Shown one piece after another: positions 29,040 through 38,482 of a stretch of DNA of 46,245 nucleotides (within the stretch, counting starts at the first letter, position 1; each line of letters starts with the position of its first letter). Under the pieces are notes generated by a model. That model searched no databases, was not told where the DNA came from, and was given only the letters and a program-made list of their open reading frames with translations. The stretch comes from Limisphaerales bacterium (GTDB lineage Bacteria; Verrucomicrobiota; Verrucomicrobiia; Limisphaerales; BOG-1460), in the NCBI GenBank assembly GCA_003159675.1, contig PLQC01000074.1, positions 1 through 46,245 on the forward strand, read 5' to 3'. The position numbers and the translations under genes were made by a program.

Positions 29040-29510
29040 GTGGCATCGGTGTTGGCTTACCGTTTCGTGATTGTGGCGCTTGTTGATGAGGTGCTTTTGC
29101 ATCGATTGTGGGCGGAGAGTTCACGGGTTGTTGAGCAACTGTCACGGTTGGTGGCTCAAGGCAAGTCGGTGGATGCGGCGTCGTTGTTTGGTCGGTGGTT
29201 GGTGTTTTCGGGAGTGTTGGAGATGTGTGAGAGAAACCCACAGGTGGGGTTGGTTGAAGTGCGTGGTCGGGAGTTGCGCCTCGGTGTCGAGGCGTTGGTG
29301 TTTGAGTGTGGCGAGTTGTATCGCACAGGCAAAGCCAACCCTCGGTATGCGGAAACGGATATTGCGGAGATCAACCGCAAGTTGGATTTTGTCCTCGGTC
29401 GGTTGGGTGAAGGATCGTTGTCGGGTCCGCTGCTGGTCGATGACTCAACCACGCGGCTGTTGACAACTGGTGATAACCCCCATCAGTTGCCCGATTCCAA
29501 TGGTGAATGA
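29040..29510 (+). CDS. hypothetical protein, paralog A of a 156-aa family of unknown function
   Basis: It is about 25-30% identical to the ORF at 30212-30679 over about 100 residues with almost no gaps (LHRLWAESS / LHRIWNETS; FGRWLVFSGVLE / FARFVIWSGICE; ELRLGVEALVFECGELYR / HLRWQCRELQTQCTERFR), and the two ORFs are identical in length. The start is a GTG and is uncertain. Coding-strand composition is unusually G+T-rich. Confidence 0.45.
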   Translation: MASVLAYRFVIVALVDEVLLHRLWAESSRVVEQLSRLVAQGKSVDAASLFGRWLVFSGVLEMCERNPQVGLVEVRGRELRLGVEALVFECGELYRTGKANPRYAETDIAEINRKLDFVLGRLGEGSLSGPLLVDDSTTRLLTTGDNPHQLPDSNGE

Positions 29511-30211
29511 CTCCACCAGTTGCCGGTGGTATGGTAAGCGAGGCGTCGGGAGCGACACGTGTGTTGCCCCGATGCCTCGCAATCGTTGTAGGATGGGTGT
29601 GGGAGCGTTCCACCCTTGACGGTGTGCCCTGATGGTGGTAACACTATTTCAAGGCCGTTGGTGAGTCGTTGGAGAGAAGGGACCCCTAGAGGGGGTTGGG
29701 GGAGTGTCGGGAGGATGAGAGCCTCACTGCTAAACTTGACTCATGGGAACATAGGGGCACAGCGCCCCTCATGTTCGCACCCCCACCCCCCACCCCCACC
29801 ACGATTTTTCATTCATAGAAGCAAGGATGTGTCGTTTCCCCTGTGGCCGTAACCACGCTGCGGAGCAAGTGGCCCGTGGTGTGTGGATGGGGGTGAATCC
29901 CAGTATGTCATTATGATAAGATGTGATGATGTAAGTGTATTCACCGCAGTATGTTATTGTCGCACAATGTATGTTATATTTAAAGTGTGCCTCAGCGGTC
30001 GGAACCTTCTGAGACGTTTCCCAGGTGGGTTCAGATTGCACTTGACACGTGAACAGGATTCTGAATTACTCGCGCCAGGACGCAGTTGCCGTTCATCAGG
30101 GTTGGCGGCAGTCGGTGCTTCCTGTGCGGCTTAAGTCGGTAACACGAAGAGCGGCACACGCTGTTTGGGAGCCGGTCTGGTCGATCAAATTGCAGCTCAG
30201 CCTGTAATTTG

Positions 30212-30679
30212 ATGAGCCAAGATTCGGTCAATTTGCATCGGATTTGGAACGAGACGTCCAGCCGTCTTGAATCCTTGTCCAAGCGCGTCGCTGAAAACCG
30301 CGACGTCATGCCTGCTTTGGAGTTCGCCCGCTTCGTCATCTGGTCGGGCATTTGCGAACTACTGGAAGCCAATTCCTCTGACGGTCCTCTCAAGGTGGAC
30401 GGCTCGCATTTGCGTTGGCAGTGCCGCGAGTTGCAGACCCAATGCACTGAACGCTTTCGACTCAACGACAGCGAACCTCACATCGAGGCGCTACAGTTAC
30501 AGTCAATCCATGAGAAGATTAACACTATGGCTGGCTATCTCTCAAAGCTGGTCGTTGCAGGTCCGGCAGTGGTGCAATCGTCGGAACCTGAGTTGAAGAT
30601 TTTACCCGGTGGCTTGGATGACCCGGAGCGCGGGGACCAGGTTGTGCGGGCTGTAGCAGAGGCAAGGACGGGCGATTGA
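30212..30679 (+). CDS. hypothetical protein, paralog B of the same 156-aa family
   Basis: It is homologous to ORF A as described. It has an ATG start (the listed 30209 is an upstream TTG) and host-like codon usage. It is preceded by a 230-nt AT-rich leader. Confidence 0.5.
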   Translation: MSQDSVNLHRIWNETSSRLESLSKRVAENRDVMPALEFARFVIWSGICELLEANSSDGPLKVDGSHLRWQCRELQTQCTERFRLNDSEPHIEALQLQSIHEKINTMAGYLSKLVVAGPAVVQSSEPELKILPGGLDDPERGDQVVRAVAEARTGD

Positions 30680-31053
30680 TAACGTTCCTTGGCAAAGTGC
30701 CTGTCCTGCTCTGTGAACGCTGGTGGTAAGAAGTGTAAGACACTTTGACCTGACCGCCTTCGTCTGGACGAGCTCGTTCGAAGGCTGTTGTGCTTGAAAA
30801 GGATCGCTGGCATGGGACGTCCTTGCTACCGAACCGGCTGGACGGATGGAGTCGGAGTTTGCCGCGCGCCCCGCGCGCGGCAAAGAACCCATCCTTGTCC
30901 CACAATTGCGTACAGGCAGCATTTTTTGAATGGGATATGTACGGAGCGTGGCTGGTTTGCGGTGAAGTTTTCGGGGTCCGGACTGGGCGATACAGTGTAT
31001 CCGGCTGACGAAGCACGTCCGATAGATGATGATTTTTCAACAGCTGAAACTCG

Positions 31054-32085
31054 CTACCCCTGATGGGGTAAAACTATAGTTTGACCGGTTCGAGCGGCAG
31101 GCGCATTCAGCCGTGACGACAGCCAGCGAAGGACGCGGCCCGTCAAGCCGGGAACTAAGCTTTTACCGGCGTGACTATGCGGCAGGCGCCAGATGTCAGG
31201 TTGCCCCCACGCGTGCCAGAGTGCCTCCATGGATTTCCTGTCCACAAACAGATCGTGGATGGCTTCAATCAACAGTATGTTCTCCTTGGGAATGCACGGC
31301 CTGAGGGTGGTCAAGTTCAATGCCGTCCGATTCAATGCCTCACAGGCCGGCTGCTGCCTCTGCAATTCCTTTCGAAGGTGAGGCCAGACGATGTGTTTTG
31401 CGGCGGAGAGAAAAACATTCATGTCAAGGCCAGGCGCGGCCAGAACGACGGCAGACAGGCGCGCGTCACTACAGGCCGTTAATCCCGCCAGCGCGCCGCC
31501 GTAGGAGTTGCCCCAGAGCGCCACGGCGGGACAACCTTCCGCCAACAGCCACCCCGCCAAGGCGCGAATTTCGGCAACCGCCTGCGCGTAGTCTATCTCC
31601 GCCATGAGCAGGTAATCCGGCCAATTCAATCTCTTCTCAAGCTGACGTGGTCGGCGTTGAAATTGGAAAGGCGACATCAGCGTCGCCGCGTTGAATCCCA
31701 CTCGATTGCAGTGGCGAGCCATTAGTGGAAACTCGAAATGATAGTCCGGGTCGCCACCGGCACCGTGCAGCAGAATAATCACCGGTCGTTTTTGCCAGTC
31801 TTCCGTGCAACGATAGAGCCGGCCATAAACCACGTTGTTCTCAGCGAATTCGCCCGGTCGCGGTGTGGGAAACCGGAAGTGCAGCCCTGACCGGGCAGGA
31901 TTGAATTCAAGCCGCGCCGGTGGGCTTTCGACGGGAATAAAGTCCGGCCCTTTCAGGAATTGGAGTGCTTCTTCCAGTTTCGGACTTGGCGTAGGACTCT
32001 GCAGTTTCAGCAGGGATTTGACACGAAAGCCCCACACCAACTGGATGGCCAGCCAATCCAGCAATTTGGCCAAGGGCGCGATCAC
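31054..32085 (-). CDS. alpha/beta-hydrolase fold esterase/lipase
   Basis: It has the HGAGGD oxyanion region and the GNSYGG nucleophile elbow (GxSxG). Candidate Asp (IHDLF) and His (PHSHAG) triad residues follow downstream. Confidence 0.75.
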   Translation of the reverse strand: MIAPLAKLLDWLAIQLVWGFRVKSLLKLQSPTPSPKLEEALQFLKGPDFIPVESPPARLEFNPARSGLHFRFPTPRPGEFAENNVVYGRLYRCTEDWQKRPVIILLHGAGGDPDYHFEFPLMARHCNRVGFNAATLMSPFQFQRRPRQLEKRLNWPDYLLMAEIDYAQAVAEIRALAGWLLAEGCPAVALWGNSYGGALAGLTACSDARLSAVVLAAPGLDMNVFLSAAKHIVWPHLRKELQRQQPACEALNRTALNLTTLRPCIPKENILLIEAIHDLFVDRKSMEALWHAWGQPDIWRLPHSHAGKSLVPGLTGRVLRWLSSRLNAPAARTGQTIVLPHQG

Positions 32086-32147
32086 ACCTTAGTTATTTGA
32101 GAGATTTCGTGCCTATCGCAAGGAAAATCGGCGGAATGAAGGTGGAG

Positions 32148-32867
32148 TCAAGCGGCCTGAGCGACTGCTTTCTCCCTCGCTTTGCTGCTCGCCCACGCCG
32201 CTGGCGTGAACAATTTAATGTCGGTGATCTTGGCGGCGGGCAATCGAGTGAACAAATCCGTCAGATAATCAAATGGGTTAAGGCCGTGCCGCCGGCAACT
32301 ACCCAACAAGGTATAAATCACGGCACTGCGTTCCCCGGCTTCAGGATGCCCGAAAAATAAAAAGTTCTTTTTTCCGAGTGCGCTGGGCCGAATCGCATTC
32401 TCAATGAGATTATTGTCTATCTCCAGCGCGCCGTCCTGCACGAACTGCGTCAAAGCTGACCATCGTTTCAGTGTGTAATCAATCGCCTGTCCGAGCAGCC
32501 CCTGTGGTAAAGTTTTTCTCCGTATCAACTCCATGGCCCGGTGCAGCCGATCCAATACGGGTTGCGTTTGCCAAATCCGCATCGCCTGCCGAAGTGCCGG
32601 TCCAGCCTTTTGCTCGCGCAGTTTCTTTTCCATCGCGTAAAGCAGTCCTATCTGCCGAACAAACCACGCCGCCAGTTTGGTCTCCGCCAACGCTTCGTGA
32701 AAACCTCTGCGAACGTGTGCCCAGCAACCAACCAGAGTCAGATCACCACGGCTTTTGGCCAGTGATTCATAAGCTGAATATCCGTCTGTCTGGAGTTTGC
32801 CCCGGAAGTTTTTTAGAAATTCCTCTGGGCCTGCCCGCGCTCGGCTCACCCGCCATTCAAATAGCAC
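32148..32867 (-). mobile_element. IS66-family transposase remnant (C-terminal about 240 aa only)
   Basis: It carries IS66 TnpC C-terminal signatures: LQTDGYSAYESL, CWAHVRRGF and DNNLIENAIRPSALGKKNFLFFG. The N-terminal DDE half is missing and no terminal inverted repeats were seen. Confidence 0.75.
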
Positions 32868-33743
32868 AGTCGTTTCGGTCCGGACCTGTAAGATTCATGA
32901 GGCACAGGCACCAGGTCTGTATGTTGGAGAGTGTTCGGGTGTTCTGTGCTGCGCGTGGGTTGGCACTCAGCGTGCATCAGCCTGGATCGCGGACGCTTTA
33001 CGGCAAGGGTCGCGAAGCTGGGGTGACGCTTCGGCCGGCTCGGTCATCGGTGCAGGCCGCCCTGCCCTGCTTGGGTTAAGGGAGTGTTCTGCGCTCTTCG
33101 CGTTGCTCCCTGAACTGGCGTTGAAATTCTCGCTTTTCTTCGCGTGAATTGTGGGCGTGAAACTCAATGCAGATGATTGCGAGGGCAAAGGCAACCCAGA
33201 AGTACCATAGAACTTGCACTGTCAGTACTATTCCAGGATGTTCGAATGCGAATCGGAGTAGTGGTGTAATGCCGGAATCGCTCATAACGTGCGAGAGGGT
33301 TTGCTAGTATTGCTCGGGATTTTCCCATTCCAAGGCGAGAAGTGTAATGGTTTCTGGGTCTATTGTCGAGCAGGACTTGAGTCCGTGATTTAGCGGACTG
33401 GATTCACGGTCATTTTTAAGAGAGCGCCGGCCATACCCGGGATCTGGCAGCCAGACAGGTTCGCCGGCGCGTCTCTCTCTGCCCTGTCCGGGCTGAGGAC
33501 TCAAAGCAGGCTGGAACAAGCGCGGCGTGCGGCTCGGGGCGTCGAGCCTGGCGGGGCATTGTCCGGTCGGAACCAAGCGCCACGCTAAAAGCCTCATCCT
33601 GGGATTGTCCGTTACGATGCGTAATAGCCTGTGCTGAGGCGTAGCGGCGGTTCGCTGGAGCGCACTCGTTAAGCAATGATAATTTTTGGACGTCGGCTTT
33701 GCATCTCCAGGATATTCACTTAGCCTTGCACCCTGCCCATTCC

Positions 33744-34652
33744 CTACCAGCCGAATGGCGGTCCAGGAGACGAGCCAAATAGGACCATCCAAAGGACACC
33801 GAGAACACAAACAACCCCGCCCACCATGAGTATCCAAGTAACTGGTGGCGAAGGCACAGTCCTATTCTGTAGTTCGGCCAAGTGTTTCCTGGCTTGTGCC
33901 TTTTCTTCGGCGAGTTTCTTTCCGGCTGCCGTCTTTTTGTCGATTCTGTTGGCGATGAAGATCAACAAAATGGCTACTAAAAGCAGGACAAGAATCGGCC
34001 AGACGCGGGTCATCGAGATCGAATATGATATGGCTCTCATGTTGCCAGCAAGGTCGTATTGCTCGACCACGACGCCGTCTCTCTGTCCCTCCACGGCCCC
34101 CTCCAGTGTGGGATCGCGGCGTGCGCCGCCTGCGTAGATTATCTGGAGGACAGCGCCATCGCCTGGTTCCAGGATCACCCATTTGAGGCGACATTTGCCC
34201 GACTTGAAATCCTCTTGGTTATCGAGACACTCGAAGCGGCAGATTGGGCGACTGGTCTTCCTCACTCGGACGCTGAGGATCGGCGACCCATCCGGCATCA
34301 CCAGACGAAAAGGGTCGAGGACATCGCTATCCCGGATGCTCCTCGTTCCGGCGTTCCAGATGGACGCTTGGACCGATGTAATGCTCGCGGACTCGACTGG
34401 CTTGCCATTGTAAATGAATCCGAGTTCCTTAGCGTATTCCGGGCGCTGCAACTCCGTCTTTAAGGGATGAACGCCGAAGGTCAGCAGCGGCTTGATCTGC
34501 GATGCCTGATAGAAGTACACGCTCAGAACAACGCCGAGGAGCGTGCCTACCGTTCCACCGATGCCGAGCCAGAAGAAGAAGATATTGCTGCGCCAGTCTC
34601 CGACTCCTTCGGGCGTGGGAGCAACTTTGTCCGGTTCCCTTTGGCGGTTCAT
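33744..34652 (-). CDS. hypothetical membrane protein (three predicted TM helices)
   Basis: This is a 302-aa ORF with host-like codon usage. It has an N-terminal TM, a soluble middle (about 160 aa), a second TM, a Lys/Ala-rich coiled segment and a C-terminal TM. No family recognised. Confidence 0.45.
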   Translation of the reverse strand: MNRQREPDKVAPTPEGVGDWRSNIFFFWLGIGGTVGTLLGVVLSVYFYQASQIKPLLTFGVHPLKTELQRPEYAKELGFIYNGKPVESASITSVQASIWNAGTRSIRDSDVLDPFRLVMPDGSPILSVRVRKTSRPICRFECLDNQEDFKSGKCRLKWVILEPGDGAVLQIIYAGGARRDPTLEGAVEGQRDGVVVEQYDLAGNMRAISYSISMTRVWPILVLLLVAILLIFIANRIDKKTAAGKKLAEEKAQARKHLAELQNRTVPSPPVTWILMVGGVVCVLGVLWMVLFGSSPGPPFGW

Positions 34653-34889
34653 TCTGTCCTCAGATGGTGGCCACTGGAGTCTGACTCACGCTTGGAATAA
34701 TGACAATCAAATTTCTATTCCTTAACCATCTCAGGACGCGATGAGTCTTTATGTCGCGGCGTGGCACGGGAATGGAAATGACCGGACGGCAGCGAGTTGT
34801 TGAAGTTGTTCACAGAGTTACTCACAACGCTTGACAAGTCTGTATGTTGTAGAGCGAGGCGGCAGAAGCGCTTGCCGCAGGCATTGGAT

Positions 34890-36338
34890 TCAGGTTTCGA
34901 GTATCCGCTGATATAACCTCGTGTATTCCTGCGCGGTTCTGTCCCAGGAAAAATCCACGGCCATGCCGTTCAGGCGATAATGCTCGAGGACTGCGGGTTC
35001 GGCATACAGCGCGAGGGCCTTGCGAATGCTTTTGGCCAGCGCGCGGCTCGAATATTCCATGAATTTAATCCCGTCCGCAGTCCCTGGATCTTCCGAGACG
35101 TCGGTGACGGTGTCGTCGAGACCGCCTGTCACGCGCACAATCGGGATCGTGCCATAGCGCAGGCTGTACATTTGATTCAGCCCGCAGGGTTCGAAGCGGG
35201 ATGGCATGAGGAAGAAGTCACAGGCGGCCTCGATGCGATGGGCCAGGGCCTGATCGTATCCAAAGCGGACGGCGACTTTTGAAGGGTATCGCTGGGCCAG
35301 ATTCCGGTAGCCGCGTTCGAACGGAGTGGCGCCGGCGCCAAGCAGGACGAATTGCAGCTTGCCGCTCAGCATCTCCTCGAGCGCGCCCAATTGAATGTCC
35401 ACGCCTTTCTGCTCGACCAGTCGATTGATGCTGCCGAAGAGCGGGATGGCGCCGTCCACGGGAAGATCCAGCTCCTTCTGGAGAGCGAGTTTGTTGGCGG
35501 TTTTTCCGCTGAAATCCTCGCTGGAGTAGGGATACCGGATGTAGGGGTTGTGCGTCGTGTTCCATTCTTCATAATCAACCCCGTTCAGGATTCCCGTGAT
35601 CGATGCCTGCCGGCTGCGCAACAGGCCGTCGAGTCCGCAGCCGAATTCCTCGGTTGTGATTTCCCGCGCATATCGGGGGCTGACGGTTGTGATGGCGTTG
35701 GCGTAAGCGATGCCTGCCTTGAGGCAGTTGAATTGCTTGTAAAACTCCACGCCCTCCGGAGTGAAGTAATCCCACGGCAGATTTGTCAGCGGATACAGGG
35801 CGGACGGGAAGACGCCCTGGTAGGAGAGGTTATGAATCGTGAGGCAGGTCCGGGGCGCGTTCCCCCACCCTGTCACCCGCTTCTCGTGCTGGATGAACAG
35901 CGGGACCAGTCCGACCTGCCAGTCGTGCACGTGAACCAGGTCCGGCTGCCAGGACAAATGGCGCGCCAGATCAACGACCGCCTTGGACAGGAACACAAAC
36001 CGCTCGGCATTGTCGGAATAATCCATGCCGTCCTTCTGGTACAGCGACGGCCTCAGGTAAAAATCCGGCTGCTCGATCATATAGAACGTGAGGCCTTCCA
36101 TGGTATCGAGCGTCCAGACTTCGCCCTGGACCCGACGGGAGCCGAGCGGCAGGCTGAGTTTCCGGTCGAGGTGTTTGAGGCCCGGAAAACGCTCACGGAT
36201 GCCCGTGTAGAGCGGCGTCACCAGGCCGACGTGGTGGCCCTCGCGCGCCAGGGCCTTTGCAAGGGCGCCGGCCATGTCGGCCAATCCGCCGGTTTTGGAA
36301 TAGGGATGGACTTCGCTGCTCGCCAGCAGAATTCTCAT
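34890..36338 (-). CDS. glgA: glycogen synthase (ADP-glucose type)
   Basis: It starts at MRILLASSEVHPYSKTGGLADMAGALAKALAREGHHV, which contains the KTGGL motif. It has the GT5 architecture and is 482 aa. The listed 550-aa ORF carries a non-conserved Arg-rich 5' extension. Confidence 0.9.
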   Translation of the reverse strand: MRILLASSEVHPYSKTGGLADMAGALAKALAREGHHVGLVTPLYTGIRERFPGLKHLDRKLSLPLGSRRVQGEVWTLDTMEGLTFYMIEQPDFYLRPSLYQKDGMDYSDNAERFVFLSKAVVDLARHLSWQPDLVHVHDWQVGLVPLFIQHEKRVTGWGNAPRTCLTIHNLSYQGVFPSALYPLTNLPWDYFTPEGVEFYKQFNCLKAGIAYANAITTVSPRYAREITTEEFGCGLDGLLRSRQASITGILNGVDYEEWNTTHNPYIRYPYSSEDFSGKTANKLALQKELDLPVDGAIPLFGSINRLVEQKGVDIQLGALEEMLSGKLQFVLLGAGATPFERGYRNLAQRYPSKVAVRFGYDQALAHRIEAACDFFLMPSRFEPCGLNQMYSLRYGTIPIVRVTGGLDDTVTDVSEDPGTADGIKFMEYSSRALAKSIRKALALYAEPAVLEHYRLNGMAVDFSWDRTAQEYTRLYQRILET

Positions 36339-37636
36339 ACAGCAATGCGCCCGGCTTTCAGATAAGGCTGCAACGCCTGGGGCACGAGCACGCTTCCGTC
36401 CGCCTGCTGGCACGTTTCGACCAATGCCACGAAGAGTCGGGCGAGCGCGGTACCGCTGCCGTTGAGGATGTGCGGAAATCGGTTGTCCCCGGCTTCGGTC
36501 TTGAACCGGAGATTCATGCGGCGCGCCTGGAAATCCTCGCAATTGGAAACGCTCGAGACTTCGAGGTAACTCCCCTGCCCCGGCGCCCAGACTTCAATGT
36601 CGTAGGTTTTCGCGCTTGCGAACCCCATGTCCCCGGTGCACAGCAGCACGACGCGATAATGCAACCCGAGCAATTGGAGGACGCGCTCCGCGTTTGCCAG
36701 CATTTTTTCGTGTTCATCGTAACCGCTCTCCGGCTTTACGATTTTGATCAGCTCGACCTTGTCAAACTGGTGCACGCGAATCATCCCGCGGGTGCCGACG
36801 CCGGCCGCGCCGGCCTCGCCGCGGAAGCAGGGCGTGTAGGCGCAGTATCGGATCGGTAACTGGCTTTCCTTCAAAATCTCCTCGCGATGGATGTTTGCCA
36901 CCGGAGTCTCCGCAGTGGGGATCAGATACAAATGTCCCAGTTTGGCGACGTCGTTTCCCTCGGCAACACCGTAATACTGGTCTTTGAACTTGGGAAACTG
37001 GCCGACGCCTTCGAGGCATTGGGGGCCCACCATGAACGGCGGCGAAAGTTCGGTGTAACCGTGCTCGTTCGTATGCACATCGAGCAGGAATTGAATCAGC
37101 GCCCGCTCCAGCTTCGCGCCCCAGTGGGTGAAGAGAATGAATCCGCTGCCGGAAAGCTTGGCCGCGCGCGCAAAATCCACCAGCCCCAAACTCTCGCAGA
37201 TCTCGACATGGGTCCTGGGGTTGAAACCGAACTGCGCCTTCTCGCCGTGGATGCGGATGACGGGATTGTCCTCCGCTGTTTTGCCCACGGGAACTGATTC
37301 ATGAGGCAGGTTGGGCATCTGCAGCATCAGGCCGTCGCGCAAGGTCTCCGCGCCGGCCGCTTGTTTGTCCAAATCCGCAATGCGATCGCCCAGTTCGCGC
37401 GTCTCCCGCTTCCGGTCCTCGGCCTCCTGGATTTTCTTCCGGCCCATGAGCGCGCCGATCTCCTTTGAGACACGGTTGCGCCGGGATTTGAGGGATTCGA
37501 CTTCCGTCAGGCATTTCCGGCGCTGCTCGTCCGCCTGCAGGATTTTGTCGATGAGCGACTCATCCCCCGCCCCGCGTGTGGCGAGTCGTTGGCGCACCAG
37601 ATCCGGTTTCTCGCGAATCAGTTTGATGTCGAGCAC
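36335..37636 (-). CDS. serS: seryl-tRNA synthetase
   Basis: It has the N-terminal coiled-coil arm (MLDIKLIREKPDLVRQRL) and class II core motifs (FRGEAGAAGVGTRGMIRVHQFDKVE, GSGTALARLFVALVE). The protein is 433 aa. Confidence 0.95.
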   Translation of the reverse strand: MLDIKLIREKPDLVRQRLATRGAGDESLIDKILQADEQRRKCLTEVESLKSRRNRVSKEIGALMGRKKIQEAEDRKRETRELGDRIADLDKQAAGAETLRDGLMLQMPNLPHESVPVGKTAEDNPVIRIHGEKAQFGFNPRTHVEICESLGLVDFARAAKLSGSGFILFTHWGAKLERALIQFLLDVHTNEHGYTELSPPFMVGPQCLEGVGQFPKFKDQYYGVAEGNDVAKLGHLYLIPTAETPVANIHREEILKESQLPIRYCAYTPCFRGEAGAAGVGTRGMIRVHQFDKVELIKIVKPESGYDEHEKMLANAERVLQLLGLHYRVVLLCTGDMGFASAKTYDIEVWAPGQGSYLEVSSVSNCEDFQARRMNLRFKTEAGDNRFPHILNGSGTALARLFVALVETCQQADGSVLVPQALQPYLKAGRIAV

Positions 37637-37743
37637 GGCGAATTATAAAATGGGCCTGCCGCAGGGCAAGGCGGAACGAATGCGCTGGATCCCACCATCT
37701 CTCGCTTGCGCGAATCGACCCGCCGCGGGATTATCCCCGCCAG

Positions 37744-38241
37744 ATGAATGCCCTGCCTTCCCCTGCCCTGCCCGGCCGCGTGGCTTCATTGCACCTGCAC
37801 CCCGCCGAACCCGGCGGCCCGCTGCAATGCGTCCAGGCCATTGATGTCGTCGCAGGCAACGGCGTCCGGAACGACCCGCGCTGCTTCGGCCGGATCAGTC
37901 GCAGCACCGGACAGCCGAGCCGGCGGCAGGTCAGTTTGATGGAGCGCGAACAAATCGCCGCTCACGCAACCACGCTCGGCCTCGAGTCGATCCCGCCGGG
38001 CGCGGTGCGCGCCAACATCGAAACGGCCGGCATCGATCTCGTCGCGCTGGTTGGCAAGGAAGTCCGGATCGGCCACGCGATCCTCCTTCTTTACGAGCCG
38101 AGATTGCCCTGTGAAAAGATGGATGCCATCTGTGCGGGCCTGCGCGAGTTGATGAAAAACAACCGCCAGGGCGTGCTCGCCGAGGCGGTGCGCTCCGGGA
38201 CAATCAAGGTTGGGGATTGCATCCAGGTGGATGGCCGCTGA
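37744..38241 (+). CDS. MOSC-domain protein (YiiM-like)
   Basis: The segments HLHPAEPGGPL...VVAGNGVRND...RQVSLMEREQI...ANIETAGIDL...RLPCEKMD match the MOSC beta-barrel with its conserved Cys. Confidence 0.7.
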   Translation: MNALPSPALPGRVASLHLHPAEPGGPLQCVQAIDVVAGNGVRNDPRCFGRISRSTGQPSRRQVSLMEREQIAAHATTLGLESIPPGAVRANIETAGIDLVALVGKEVRIGHAILLLYEPRLPCEKMDAICAGLRELMKNNRQGVLAEAVRSGTIKVGDCIQVDGR

Positions 38242-38482
38242 TGAGATCAGCCGATTCAAACGTCCGTGCTGCTCCGTCGCGGGCATTCAACCGCGTGCGC
38301 ATCCGCACACTGCCACCGATCGCAAACACGCTGGAGCGCGGCGTTCACGCCACTTCATCGTTCGGAAGCCCACGGGTCAGTCGTTCCGTCTCTGCCCACT
38401 CAGACGGTGAAGCGGCCTGAAGGTCGCGCGCCGGGCGGCAGGGTGCGGCTGCGCCCTTCAGTCTGGCGGGCGCATAATCTGA

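Noticed and set aside
29032-29452. Pro/Thr-rich minus-strand ORFs (69 and 98 aa) opposite paralog A
   Set aside because: These are low-complexity translations of the C+A-rich complement of a G+T-rich coding strand. The plus-strand ORF is supported by homology to paralog B.
33304-33837. 177-aa minus-strand ORF upstream of the IS66 remnant
   Set aside because: It is Arg/Pro/Cys-rich with no hydrophobic core or motifs. It overlaps the scrambled IS-flanking DNA and the 5' end of the 302-aa membrane protein gene.
36339-36542. 68-aa Arg-rich 5' extension of glgA
   Set aside because: Glycogen synthases start at MRILLASS..KTGGL. The extension overlaps the serS 3' end and is not conserved.
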